Source: Candidatus Thorarchaeota archaeon (GTDB lineage Archaea; Asgardarchaeota; Thorarchaeia; Thorarchaeales; Thorarchaeaceae). From it: 64,000 bases of DNA. The notes beneath the pieces are model-generated. The model made no database searches and was not told the DNA's origin. It was given only the letters and a program-made list of their open reading frames with translations. Positions 1 to 10,251 of this stretch are shown here, piece after piece. The DNA lies in NCBI GenBank assembly GCA_011364905.1, contig RDNZ01000001.1:64001-128000 (forward strand), read 5' to 3'. Numbering within the stretch: the first letter of the stretch is position 1; the number at the start of each line of letters is the position of its first letter. Made by a program: the position numbers and the translations under genes.

Positions 1-3000
1 ATGGTATATTCACCAAAGTTTCCTAAGGCAAGTGTTGAAATCCTGATGCGATAGTCGCCACCTGTTAGTGAATCAACCCAGTAGTTGACTCCGAGCTGAA
101 GTGTAGCGTTGGAACAGGTCGCAGTAATGGTTGCGCCATCTATACCCGCGAGTGTGCTATCGTCAAAATAGGACACAAACACTTCAGCTTCCTCCAAGTA
201 GACTGCAAGAGAGGGGACTTCGCTAGTTAGTTGAGTCCTTCTTTGGATAAGCGTTAGATAGAAGAAGTCAGTGGCATCAAAACAGAAGTTTGTGCCTGTG
301 TAAGACATCGATGCATTGACCGTATAGGTTGCCAGTGATGGAAATGCGCTTGTATCAAGAGTCACTGTGAAAGTGCCATCTCCATTGTTTACAACGTTAT
401 AGTATCCTAGTAGAGACGCATCTAGTGTCAAGCTTCCAGTGTTCAACAAGGACTGATCGTCAAGGTCTCTGTAAGTAAAGACGATAACCAAATCATTACC
501 ATATTGAATTGAGGTGTATGGTCCATGTTCAAGATTCGTGTATCTACTCCGCACGGTCAGTGATATCGGAATGCTGGTTCGGTTCTGGTAGAATGGGGTA
601 CCAGTCCACATCACATCGAGATGAAGTGTGAAGGTTCCAACGTTGCTCCACCATGTTGTATCAAGCTCCAATACATACTCTTGACTACCCGGTAGATAGA
701 TAGCGCTAAGAACAAGTCCGGTCTCCTGAACCTGATAATTCAATTGAGGATCATCGGAAATCGGCAGGCCTGTTAGAACATCGATGTAGGAGAAAGTCAG
801 ATTGACATTATCTCCATATGGAGTGGTTGGGAGAGGTTCCCATAGAATGCTTGTTTGCCTGTATCTGGTATTCACTGCTACGGTCAGTGATCTGTTTTCG
901 TAGAGCGGAAGCTGTCCAGATGTCCAATTTGCAGAGATTCGAATCTCACATGTAATGATACCGCTAAGATAATTTGTATCGAAGGTTATTTGATATTCTC
1001 CATTACCTAGTTCGGAGATCACCATCAGGTCTTGGGTTAATGTCTGACCTGGTGTAAGGACTTCAATATAGAAGTGCACATTCAAGGGATAGTCTCCAGT
1101 ACTATTGGTTATCCCAGTACTGTTACTAATGTCCCAATATACAACCGAGAAGGTGACATTTTCCCCATAAGGAGTGGCAACTGGATTCGTTCCTATGTAC
1201 AAATCAGATGGACTTCCAGCGATTCTTGCGCTTACCTGCAGCACTTTGTTATCGTGCGCTGGTTGTGGACCAGTCCAATTTGCATAGAGTGTTATATCCT
1301 TCCTGCCAATCGACCCCCATTGATCAGCTCTTATTCTAACTATGTACTGACCAGCTATTGAACCATTTACAACTGTATACTCAAGTGACGGTACACCCAC
1401 GGCTTCAGCATAAATCAAGACATTGCTGCTGACAATTCCTTGTGATGTTGTAATGTCATAATACATCACGTAAATCGTAATTTGACCAGTGTAAGGCGTT
1501 GGTTCGATGGGATTATCTAAGGAGAAAGAAGTCAAATGAGTGATTATATCAATACCAATGCTGAAGGTATGGTTCTGGTAGGCAAAGCGGTTAACATCGA
1601 AGACCACGGAGTAGTCCTGAATAGGATCAGATTCAGCTGAGTAAAACGTTATGCTGTATTCACCTGGTGCACTGGCTGCCACAATGTAACTTGACCAGTT
1701 GCATGAGATGGAACTCTCTGCACCCGATATCGGAAGATCGTGATCAGTATCCCAGTATGTCAGTGTAATGGTTTCTTCATAACCAACTGGGAGAGATATG
1801 CCGCTCTGGGAAACTGAAACTGAAGTGAAGATCTGTCGCACTTCAACAAATAGAAGAACCTGAGAAGTAGTGTAGTAATTCTGCTCTGCTGTGACGACAA
1901 CCGCATAGGTGCCCAAGTTGGAATTTCCTGTAGTAATCGTAAGAGTGTAGTTACCAGGTGCTCCAGCTACTGGATTGACGGTGTAGGATGAATCTGTCCA
2001 ATTACATGTTAGAACTGCACCACCAATACCCGCGTCTTCCGAGTCTGCGTAGAAGAGTTCGAGAACTGCATTGTCTCCTCGGGGCACTTGTACCCCAGGA
2101 GCACTACTGGATTGTAATGTTGTTTCTTCAACGACATTTATCACAAAATACGTTTGGAGTGAATCGTAGTACTGCTTACTCCATGAAATGCCTATCACAT
2201 ATCGACCAGGGAGTCCCAAATCTGCTGTGTTGACAACAACACTGTACTCACCAGTACCCATATCATTCAGGATGCGTGTTCCAGTAGTCCAGTTGTATGT
2301 TGCAGAACCTCCTGGAAGGAGAAGACCATTATTGGAGTCATTTACACCAATCTGAAGAAGCATATCTTGACCATAGGTGAGATTTCGTTCCCAGGAAGTA
2401 ACAGATTGCCTGGGATAGGCAATATACATGTCAGATCCATGTTCAATTGTAAACGACCGTGAATACAAACCGATGTTCTCAACGGGACTACCTGAAACAG
2501 AATCATTCACGAATGCTTGTACCGACCATTGCCCTACTTCAGCTGTGAAGGCATCAAGATTCAAGTCGGTCGTTTCAGCAATCCCTGAAGACACCGTTGC
2601 TGCCACTGTGTCCCATAGGTTGCCCATTGTGTCATAGACGTTGAATGTAACAGTCGCACCGTTGTAAACGGTATCAAGATAGGCTTGGAAGCGAACATTG
2701 TCATTAGCCCGATACGTGTTTGTAGTGACCCAACTGGCACCACTTGACATTCTCAAGTCTTGAATTATGTTCGCTGAATGCCCTGTTATTTTCCAGAATC
2801 CATTCTGATAGGTCCCGACAACTCCATCATAAACTGAAATGTTCAAGCTTGTTGCAGTGGTGGACCAATATGGGAAATTGACGGATGGGAATCGAGGTTC
2901 TGATACAGTATCAATAACCAGAGTATCAGATTTACTTGCATTGAAGTAGAATAACTGGGAATAACCGTTTGGGACAGCAACGTAATAATATGTAATCCAG

Positions 3001-4211
3001 TTTACTTGGCTGGCATTACTGGTCGTGAAGTGAGTGCCCAGACTCTGAACATCAGCTTCATAGAGTGAGGACTGGTCAACTTTTCTTGCATATACCGTCA
3101 TGTCGACAGAAAAAGTGACACGAATATCATCATTAGGGTTGGGATTTACTGGAGTCGGAGTCCAGCTGAATGTTGCATTCACTGCACTTCCACTCCATGG
3201 GATAGCTGCAGATTCCTGAACTGTGCCTAAACTCCATGTAGCGCCATTGGACACGGGAATGCCATTCATTTCCAAGTTTACTTGACTTGGTTGCACTCGA
3301 GTCTTTATGAAGATTCTAACATTGTCCATCCTCACCTCTGGGTAGAGCTGAGGATTGCTTCCGAATGATCTTGTAGTCCTCATTCCAATTTGCAGAATGA
3401 AGTTGGATGATGTGATGAGTGAAGGGTCAGCCTCGATTAAGCCTGTGGAGTACCAAGTTGTTTGTGCAAGAACATCACTGAACTGCATGTCCCACAGATG
3501 GTTTGATACATTATCATTGTGGCCAATTTGAGCGTATAGCTCCCAAAAACCAATGGGCAGACCGCCCCAATTATCATCAACCCAGTAATCAAGTGAAACG
3601 CCAACCCATGTGACTTCACCACGATTGGTATTGATTGTTTGCTCCGCATACTGTCTATCGCCAAGGTCATGGCGGTAGTAGCCTCCATCCAACACACCGT
3701 CCATCTGAAAGCTGACATACCCACCAGTTATTGTAGAAGACATAGGATTTGTGTGAGTTGGCAAATCATCATAGCCAGTTGTCCAGTCCGCTGCTGAACC
3801 AAAACCGGGGTTGGTAAGATAGGTTCGATTCTCCTGAAGGTCACTCACACTGATGGATGTGTCAGTACCTTCCCAAAGAGGACCGAGAGGAACAGAAACA
3901 GTCTGAGTTGTGGTAGTATTTGTAGGATAATAAGCAAGGTCCAGGTTTGAGTGGTGATCCGTCCTTTGCCCATATTCCGACACTACCATAGGAGACCCTT
4001 CGCCTGAAACTGTTGTTGGGACCTCAGAAAGAGAATAAGAATTCAGGACCTCATCTGGCCCAACTTCAACGGTCTGACCATTGCCTAGATCTACCTGTTT
4101 TGCTCCAGGCGCAGAGGAAGTTGGGGTGGCATTATGAGTCATAGGGGCTCCAAGACTCACAAGTAGAGACGCCATCACGAGAAATAGAAACAGGGTCCTT
4201 TTGACTTTCAT
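1..4211 (-). CDS. Giant secreted/surface protein with tandem Ig-like repeats (3' end runs off the window start; absent from the ORF track)
   Basis: ATG at 4211 with GTGAGGAGG RBS. Starts MKVKRTLFLFLVMASLLVSLGA (signal peptide). Frame translated by hand at both ends and in sampled internal segments (...NFGEYT at position 3). Repeats such as PYGxNVxhxhxYxD and GxGxYxhxhxT; Thr/Ser/Val-rich. Confidence 0.85.
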   Translation of the reverse strand, partial: MKVKRTLFLFLVMASLLVSLGAPMTHNATPTSSAPGAKQVDLGNGQTVEVGPDEVLNSYSLSEVPTTVSGEGSPMVVSEYGQRTDHHSNLDLAYYPTNTTTTQTVSVPLGPLWEGTDTSISVSDLQENRTYLTNPGFGSAADWTTGYDDLPTHTNPMSSTITGGYVSFQMDGVLDGGYYRHDLGDRQYAEQTINTNRGEVTWVGVSLDYWVDDNWGGLPIGFWELYAQIGHNDNVSNHLWDMQFSDVLAQTTWYSTGLIEADPSLITSSNFILQIGMRTTRSFGSNPQLYPEVRMDNVRIFIKTRVQPSQVNLEMNGIPVSNGATWSLGTVQESAAIPWSGSAVNATFSWTPTPVNPNPNDDIRVTFSVDMTVYARKVDQSSLYEADVQSLGTHFTTSNASQVNWITYYYVAVPNGYSQLFYFNASKSDTLVIDTVSEPRFPSVNFPYWSTTATSLNISVYDGVVGTYQNGFWKITGHSANIIQDLRMSSGASWVTTNTYRANDNVRFQAYLDTVYNGATVTFNVYDTMGNLWDTVAATVSSGIAETTDLNLDAFTAEVGQWSVQAFVNDSVSGSPVENIGLYSRSFTIEHGSDMYIAYPRQSVTSWERNLTYGQDMLLQIGVNDSNNGLLLPGGSATYNWTTGTRILNDMGTGEYSVVVNTADLGLPGRYVIGISWSKQYYDSLQTYFVINVVEETTLQSSSAPGVQVPRGDNAVLELFYADSEDAGIGGAVLTCNWTDSSYTVNPVAGAPGNYTLTITTGNSNLGTYAVVVTAEQNYYTTSQVLLFVEVRQIFTSVSVSQSGISLPVGYEETITLTYWDTDHDLPISGAESSISCNWSSYIVAASAPGEYSITFYSAESDPIQDYSVVFDVNRFAYQNHTFSIGIDIITHLTSFSLDNPIEPTPYTGQITIYVMYYDITTSQGIVSSNVLIYAEAVGVPSLEYTVVNGSIAGQYIVRIRADQWGSIGRKDITLYANWTGPQPAHDNKVLQVSARIAGSPSDLYIGTNPVATPYGENVTFSVVYWDISNSTGITNSTGDYPLNVHFYIEVLTPGQTLTQDLMVISELGNGEYQITFDTNYLSGIITCEIRISANWTSGQLPLYENRSLTVAVNTRYRQTSILWEPLPTTPYGDNVNLTFSYIDVLTGLPISDDPQLNYQVQETGLVLSAIYLPGSQEYVLELDTTWWSNVGTFTLHLDVMWTGTPFYQNRTSIPISLTVRSRYTNLEHGPYTSIQYGNDLVIVFTYRDLDDQSLLNTGSLTLDASLLGYYNVVNNGDGTFTVTLDTSAFPSLATYTVNASMSYTGTNFCFDATDFFYLTLIQRRTQLTSEVPSLAVYLEEAEVFVSYFDDSTLAGIDGATITATCSNATLQLGVNYWVDSLTGGDYRIRISTLALGNFGEYT

Positions 4212-4449
4212 ATTGAGGCCTCCTCACTAGGCACGAATACTACCAAATCGACTGGCTGATTGACTAATGATTTACCTCTATATGAATAGATGCGTTATAG
4301 TGTGAGTCATAGAAATCGAAAGGATTGTCGATTTTTCGAAAACAAGTAAGATATGCCTATGACTTGTTTCAGATTCTCAATATTCAATAAGAATTCATGT
4401 CAAGGCAACAACTTCAGCCAAATGAGCCATTTTCTGAAACTAAATACGA

Positions 4450-6630
4450 TTATTCTCTCTTTCGAATTACAATGACACCGACTATTACAATAACGGCTGC
4501 AATACTTCCTGCAACGATTATCGGTGTCAGAATATACGGAGGTGTATTTGTGGTAGTGCTAGTTGGTGTTGATGAAGCCGCACTAAGATGTGTCAAAACT
4601 CCTCCTTCTGCTCTATTCATCCCCCAATCCCAAGCAACCACCCATATAGTAAGATTTGAGGTGTGCTCCAAGAAGGGAACTGACACTGACCAATTATATC
4701 CGTTATAAGCCATTGGAAAGCTACGAACAACACCATCATCTACCTGAACATAGAGTGTGACATTCTCCAATCCTGCAAGATTTTCGCTAATCATCGCCCA
4801 GTAGGTGAAAGGGCCAGTCCAAAAGTCGCTTGGATTAGTACCTCGACCATATATCGACGGAGGTATGTCATCAATTGACGAAAACATCATTCTTCGAGTC
4901 CAATCTCGAGCTTTTACCAAAGCACTGTATGCTGAATGCCAGTCCATTTCATTGTAGGAATTTCTTGCAGATTCAAATGAAGCAAGAGCAGCAGATTCCG
5001 CGGCATAGGTTACGCCTCTCTCATCGGATCGAAGATTGGATTGCTCCTCAAGAAAGTTTGACCATAGAAGAGCTTCCATCTGGTCCAAATAGGTCCCCTG
5101 AACCCAGTTCTTCTCAAAAGTGGAGGTACCGTTGTGTTCAGCAAAGTATCCCATAGGTCCGTAATAGAAGTCACTTGAATAGTGCTCATGTTGCCAAGAG
5201 TGCGCAAATCCGATTGCATGCATGGTCTCATGAAGTTGAGTGGCTGATATTCCATCCTTGGGAGTCACACCATCCGGGCGATAATAACGTTCCCAAGATT
5301 TCCAGATGACTGTCTGTCCTCCTCCACCCAGTCCGGTGTACGCTCTTCCATAGACATGCATTTCCATTTGCTTCTTTATGAAGACAACTCCAAACACATT
5401 GATGTTGTCGTCATTAACCACATATGCGGGTCTCATTCCACTGTAGATAGCATTAAACATGGACCCACCATCAACAATTGTTGTTCCATCTAAGTTATCT
5501 GCGGCGTATGTCCAGAACAGGCTGTTCCAAGAAGGTTCTTCATCGATGTCTAGATATTGGACATCAACCTCCCATTGAATGAAGGGATAGAGTTCCTCAA
5601 GATGCGCCTTTTGCATCTCAGCGTTGGTCACCCATTCGAGGCTATTGACAGAGGTCCCATCAGCTACATCCATGCAAAACACCAGCACCTTCAGTCTACC
5701 AACATCAACATACTTTGCAGGCTGATGCTGATATGGGAAAAGTAGTTGGCTGATAGGGTCCCAGATGCACTCTCTCAAGTAAACATTGAGTGCATCTACA
5801 TCTGCAGGTATGTCTAAGTTGAGAGATCCCACTTTGTCCTCTAAATCTTGAGTCCAGAAATCGTAAGACGTATTGATTTCTTCGCTCCACCAAACCTTGC
5901 ACCATTTCAAGTACCACTGATGAGCACTAGGGTCCACTACATACAGATTATAGCGTCCACCGAAGAACGGATAGTCCATCGTGACATTCGGATTCAGAGC
6001 GTTGTCCCACTCCAATCTAAACCAGTCTTGATTCTGTCCCGTATCAGGATCAAGGGGGTGGTAGTTGTACCAATGTTCCAGACTGTGATCCGCGCTGTCA
6101 AACTCCGAGAAATTAACAAGATAAAGAGTGTACCCAAGATCAGGCGGACTCGTGTATGGATTCTCTTCTAGCCAATCCTCCACTGCATAGCCATCAATGG
6201 CACGACCTGCTCGAGGATAGAATATTCGTTGTGGTTCGTCGAGGTTGTCCTTCTGATATAGTAGTGCGCTCTCATCAAGGCCTGTCCCTGTTTCGCTTCC
6301 ATTTATGGAATTGTCAAGCATGACTTGGCGAAGTTCGTCGTTGTATGCAGCATCTGCATAGACGATTTGATACTCGATATTATAGGTGATTTGAGCTGCT
6401 TCTGTAGAAAAGTTCCTGATTGTTGGTAAATCCTGTAATAGTAACGGTTCATCAATTAGAGAAGGATCATAACCCACTACGATGATATTAGCTGTCCAGT
6501 TTCTCTCAATTGGTTGAGGCCCCTGACTAAGAGTAGCTTGCTTTACTGGCTGTCTGTGATTATCTTGCACACCAAAAGGAGTGGCAATCACAAGCACTAA
6601 AGCAATACCTAGGACAAGAGCACGACGCAT
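4450..6630 (-). CDS. Membrane-anchored extracellular zinc metalloprotease (metzincin-like)
   Basis: HETMHAIGFAH matches HExxHxxGxxH, with downstream GPMGY Met-turn candidate. Signal peptide MRRALVLG, S/T linker, C-terminal TM plus RKRE. Start moved from 6693 to 6630. Confidence 0.8.
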   Translation of the reverse strand: MRRALVLGIALVLVIATPFGVQDNHRQPVKQATLSQGPQPIERNWTANIIVVGYDPSLIDEPLLLQDLPTIRNFSTEAAQITYNIEYQIVYADAAYNDELRQVMLDNSINGSETGTGLDESALLYQKDNLDEPQRIFYPRAGRAIDGYAVEDWLEENPYTSPPDLGYTLYLVNFSEFDSADHSLEHWYNYHPLDPDTGQNQDWFRLEWDNALNPNVTMDYPFFGGRYNLYVVDPSAHQWYLKWCKVWWSEEINTSYDFWTQDLEDKVGSLNLDIPADVDALNVYLRECIWDPISQLLFPYQHQPAKYVDVGRLKVLVFCMDVADGTSVNSLEWVTNAEMQKAHLEELYPFIQWEVDVQYLDIDEEPSWNSLFWTYAADNLDGTTIVDGGSMFNAIYSGMRPAYVVNDDNINVFGVVFIKKQMEMHVYGRAYTGLGGGGQTVIWKSWERYYRPDGVTPKDGISATQLHETMHAIGFAHSWQHEHYSSDFYYGPMGYFAEHNGTSTFEKNWVQGTYLDQMEALLWSNFLEEQSNLRSDERGVTYAAESAALASFESARNSYNEMDWHSAYSALVKARDWTRRMMFSSIDDIPPSIYGRGTNPSDFWTGPFTYWAMISENLAGLENVTLYVQVDDGVVRSFPMAYNGYNWSVSVPFLEHTSNLTIWVVAWDWGMNRAEGGVLTHLSAASSTPTSTTTNTPPYILTPIIVAGSIAAVIVIVGVIVIRKRE

Positions 6631-6754
6631 AGTGTTCCCTGCCTTCTTCACCATATTAACAAACTGGTTCATGTAACCGCAACCAAACCACATTTGGCGC
6701 TTAATGAATATATACGCACATATTATATTAGGAAATATGATACTATTATCCTCG

Positions 6755-6867
6755 TGCGCCGGTATCGTAATACTACATCGGTTATCCTCGATATACCCAC
6801 TCGGGTAGTCGCGCTCGTTTCCGCAGGCTAGCGCAAAGATGCATCGATCCCCAAATCGGCCGGCGCA
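6755..6867. ncRNA. Candidate structured non-coding RNA (unknown family)
   Basis: 57% GC island (64/113, hand count) in an AT-rich intergenic region. 9-bp terminal stem plus four internal hairpins. TATA-like sequence at 6721-6729 and T7 tract at 6888-6894 on the + strand. Confidence 0.45.
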
Positions 6868-6954
6868 TTCTCCTCACCCATCTCTGCTTTTTTTGTCTTT
6901 CAGGTACTCTTAAATCGAAGATAAAATCCCTCGACTTTGCCTGGAGATACCTAG

Positions 6955-8391
6955 ATGACACTCCCGAAAAAGCCCTCAATAGCAGAGATACTGAATATCA
7001 AGTCTATAGCTGCAATCGGTGTGTCTGCGAATTTTGGATATTACTGGGTGCACTCATTGGCTGAGTGGAAGCATAATCTCAAAGTATGGTTCGTTTCAAG
7101 AAGCGGAGGAGAGGTCTTAGGACATAAGATTCTCACAAGTATTGACGACATTCCTGGGAAAATCGATTATGCGATAATTCGAGTCCCTTACAAGATAGTT
7201 CCCAAAACACTGAGAGAATGTTACGAGAAGGGAGCCAAAGGGGTCACCATTTTTACAAGTGGTTTTTCAGAACTCGGTACTGAAGAAGGTCGCCAGCGAG
7301 AAATAGAAATTCGAAAAATACTAGATGATACCGGTATGAGGGCTCTTGGACCTAATTGCATGGGACTTATGTATCCAAAACTTGGTATTTCTTTTCTCCC
7401 CACCGTCAAACAACTCTCAGGAAATGTTGGATTTCTCTCTCAATCTGGAGGGATTGCAATCACTACATATACTGCTGGTGTGGAGTCAGGCGTAGGTTTC
7501 AGCAAAGTCTTCAGTTTTGGAAACCAGGTCGATATTACGCCTCAAGAGATACTAAACTATCTTGCAGATGATGTTGAAACCTCAGTTATCGGAGCCTATA
7601 TCGAGGGAGCGAAGAATGGAAGGCAGATTTTGGAATCCTTGAAATACGCTGCCACCAAAAAGCCCGTTGTTGCTCTGAAAGGTGGTCGCTCATCTGAGGG
7701 GTCTCGTGCCGCTGCCACCCATACTGGCGCGCTAGCTGGAAATAGAGATGTCTGGAGTGCTGTCTTTCGCCAGGCGAATGTTCTATCTGTTGAAACAATT
7801 GAAGACATGGTCGCAACTCTGAGCATTTTCTCACTGAGTCCGATGCCAAGATCAAAGAACGTTGGTCTGATTGCAATCAGCGGTGGAACAAGCGTAGTGT
7901 ATACTGATATTTGCATCGAGAAGGGTCTCAACGTCCCTAGAACCTCAGAAGAAACCAGAGAAAAGCTTGATCCATTAATATTCGATGTGGGAACGGGATT
8001 AGGGAATCCTATTGACCTTGCAGCTGATTATTATCAAGACCAGACTGTAGAGGAAGTGATCCGTATAGCTGGAGAGGAACCGAGTTTCGACTCTCTCATT
8101 ATAGACGCAGATGTCCATAACATGTATCAGGTCGCCAATATTATGGATGCCCATGATGTGCTCGCGGACTACTGGAAGGTAATGGCGCGAGCAGGAAGAA
8201 AAGTGGTGGAGAACAAAAAGAAACCTGTTCTTGTGACAATTCCTGATGTCGCTTATCCCGAGCAGAGAAAGGTGGCATGGGATGCTTTTGTAGACCAACA
8301 CCTTCCCGTCTTCCGAAACATCAATGAAACAGTTGGCGCTCTAGATAGGGTGTACGACTACTATGAAACCAGGTATAGAAGGAAGGTTTGA
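6955..8391 (+). CDS. ADP-forming acyl/acetate-CoA ligase, alpha-subunit-like (CoA-binding) protein
   Basis: SIAAIGVS, GAKGVTIFTSGFSE, LGPNCMG, SQSGG, phospho-His motif ATHTGALAG, NPIDL. Confidence 0.88.
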   Translation: MTLPKKPSIAEILNIKSIAAIGVSANFGYYWVHSLAEWKHNLKVWFVSRSGGEVLGHKILTSIDDIPGKIDYAIIRVPYKIVPKTLRECYEKGAKGVTIFTSGFSELGTEEGRQREIEIRKILDDTGMRALGPNCMGLMYPKLGISFLPTVKQLSGNVGFLSQSGGIAITTYTAGVESGVGFSKVFSFGNQVDITPQEILNYLADDVETSVIGAYIEGAKNGRQILESLKYAATKKPVVALKGGRSSEGSRAAATHTGALAGNRDVWSAVFRQANVLSVETIEDMVATLSIFSLSPMPRSKNVGLIAISGGTSVVYTDICIEKGLNVPRTSEETREKLDPLIFDVGTGLGNPIDLAADYYQDQTVEEVIRIAGEEPSFDSLIIDADVHNMYQVANIMDAHDVLADYWKVMARAGRKVVENKKKPVLVTIPDVAYPEQRKVAWDAFVDQHLPVFRNINETVGALDRVYDYYETRYRRKV

Positions 8392-8392
8392 A

Positions 8393-9001
8393 CTAGACCT
8401 TCACGACCCAATTCACTAGTTCAGAAGAAAGAGGATTTTCCTCCACAAATAGTTCGCGATATGAAGAATTACTTAACATAATCCATACATTTTGCAATTC
8501 AAAATCAAAACCAATGATTTTGAATGCTGTTTCGAATGCAGAAGGACGAAACGATATGTAGGCCAAAAACAATGAGCCCAAAAAAATCGCCGCATATGAG
8601 TAGATCCAAGGACTGATTGGCCTTCCAGCCCAGACATCCGCGCCAGCATAGATTAACGCGAATATGGATATGCAAACCATGAGAGATGCAACGAGAATGG
8701 ATAGAGTCCGTGCCCTCATTTCAGCGTTATCTGAAATTGTATGGTCTGCACAAACATCAACTAGAAAACTCTTGGTTTCTGCGTTTGCCAGCTGCTGTTC
8801 TTTTGTTGCAAGAAACTTTGCATCGGAGGCTGGATGTAGCCAAATCTTCTTCCTTGGATGCGTCGATATACGTGTGCATGTAGTAGCGGGAGCGCCACAG
8901 ACAGGACAGGTTTTGGGGAATCGTATTCTACTGATTTTCGCTCTCACAATTGGTTCATCAAAATAAACCCTATGTCTTATTGTGCTCAAAAGCTGCATCA
9001 C
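8393..9001 (-). CDS. Hypothetical membrane protein with putative CxxC...CxxH zinc site and 2 TM helices
   Basis: TCPVCG ... VCADH, followed by two hydrophobic helices. Confidence 0.7.
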   Translation of the reverse strand: MMQLLSTIRHRVYFDEPIVRAKISRIRFPKTCPVCGAPATTCTRISTHPRKKIWLHPASDAKFLATKEQQLANAETKSFLVDVCADHTISDNAEMRARTLSILVASLMVCISIFALIYAGADVWAGRPISPWIYSYAAIFLGSLFLAYISFRPSAFETAFKIIGFDFELQNVWIMLSNSSYRELFVEENPLSSELVNWVVKV

Positions 9002-9059
9002 CAGACCAGAGAACTAGATGTAGTAGAGTAATTGAGTGTATCGAAGCAGGTAAGTCCTT

Positions 9060-10205
9060 TCATAAGTAGGCTTTCTCAACTTGGTTGTAGAGATAGTGCT
9101 TCATGCTATTTGATGCCACTACAGGTAGGTGTTCGTGTACGCTATCCAACGAGGCTACTTCCTGCGTTTTTAGTGAAAATCCCAACTTTTCGAAACTACC
9201 CTTGACCTGCTCTATAGCGTTTCCGAAATGTCTTATGCCTATCCCTAATGCTTCTAGGATTTTGTAGCCATAGTGCGTGAGCCAGAGAGAGTTCATTAGC
9301 GACGTGCTACCCTTTGTAGGGACAATTGCATTTTCGATCTCTCTTTTCCGCGCTTCTGCAATTCGTGCAATTAGCCTTGATGCCCTAGTGTTCCTCATCA
9401 ACTCTGTATCGAGGAAAAGAGTTGGTCCTCCATGCTCAATCTGTGCATCAAGTAGATCTATCGCTTTGTCAAAAATGGCTCGCTTTGCGGTTCTGTAGTC
9501 CATTGACTCCGTTGTGCTTTCAAGGAGGTTTTTTGGATTGCCATCAAATCCAGCCAATTCTTCCATACCAAAACCCAACATGAGACCTCTTTGAATGGCA
9601 TACCAATCATTGTTCGATACCTGACTCAAGACGGAGAGAATCCTCTGACGGAGGGGTGCCCAATCCATTTTATTTGCGAGGGCATCACAGGATTTCCACA
9701 TCAGAACTGGTTGCGCAGTCCATGGAGCTCCATCAGGCCTGACAAGTAAGAGACGCTCTGCCAGTTGGCTTGTTGTGAAGAGGAATCTCAAGATGCTGTC
9801 AGAGTAGATCACAACAGATGAGTCGAGCAATATGTGCGAACGAACAAGTATCGGAGTTATATCCAACTCCTTGAGCCTGTTCTGCGTGAGGTTAAGTCTC
9901 TTCAATGCATCACAATCTCCCAGTGGCCAGAGATTCAGTGACTCTAAATGGTTGTTCTCGACACGCAAATCTATCAGTGTCTTTTGATTCCGTAGTGGCG
10001 TTAAATCAAGTTCCTCAAGCATGTTATTAGATAGGTTGAGGGTCATTAGTTGGCTGCATTCTCTAAGATTCGAGAGATCAACTTTTATGGCCGCTCTCGT
10101 CGTCAAATCTACAATCTTGTCATCTTGCCTATACTTGGTTTCTTCTTGACGTCCGTGTGGACTCCAGTACTTTATTGCGACCTCTTCCATGCAGAACTCA
10201 ACCAT
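9060..10205 (-). CDS. Leucine-rich repeat protein
   Basis: LxxLxLxxNxLxxLDL repeats (LMTLNLSNNMLEELDL, LIDLRVENNHLESLNL, LKRLNLTQNRLKELDI) plus a helical C-terminal domain. Confidence 0.85.
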   Translation of the reverse strand: MVEFCMEEVAIKYWSPHGRQEETKYRQDDKIVDLTTRAAIKVDLSNLRECSQLMTLNLSNNMLEELDLTPLRNQKTLIDLRVENNHLESLNLWPLGDCDALKRLNLTQNRLKELDITPILVRSHILLDSSVVIYSDSILRFLFTTSQLAERLLLVRPDGAPWTAQPVLMWKSCDALANKMDWAPLRQRILSVLSQVSNNDWYAIQRGLMLGFGMEELAGFDGNPKNLLESTTESMDYRTAKRAIFDKAIDLLDAQIEHGGPTLFLDTELMRNTRASRLIARIAEARKREIENAIVPTKGSTSLMNSLWLTHYGYKILEALGIGIRHFGNAIEQVKGSFEKLGFSLKTQEVASLDSVHEHLPVVASNSMKHYLYNQVEKAYL

Positions 10206-10251
10206 TGATTGATTTTAGCGTCTACAGATAAAACTGAGTCCCTAGATGAAC

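Noticed and set aside
1074-3724. Short ORFs in the track (1074, 1988, 2428, 2561, 3437)
   Set aside because: Shadows of the long minus-strand gene 1-4211, which the track omitted because its stop lies outside the window.
6755-6867. tRNA-Sec or 5S rRNA identity for the structured element
   Set aside because: The 9+4 stem geometry is suggestive, but there is no TCA anticodon loop, no TTCRA T-loop and no 5S CCGAAC motif on either strand.
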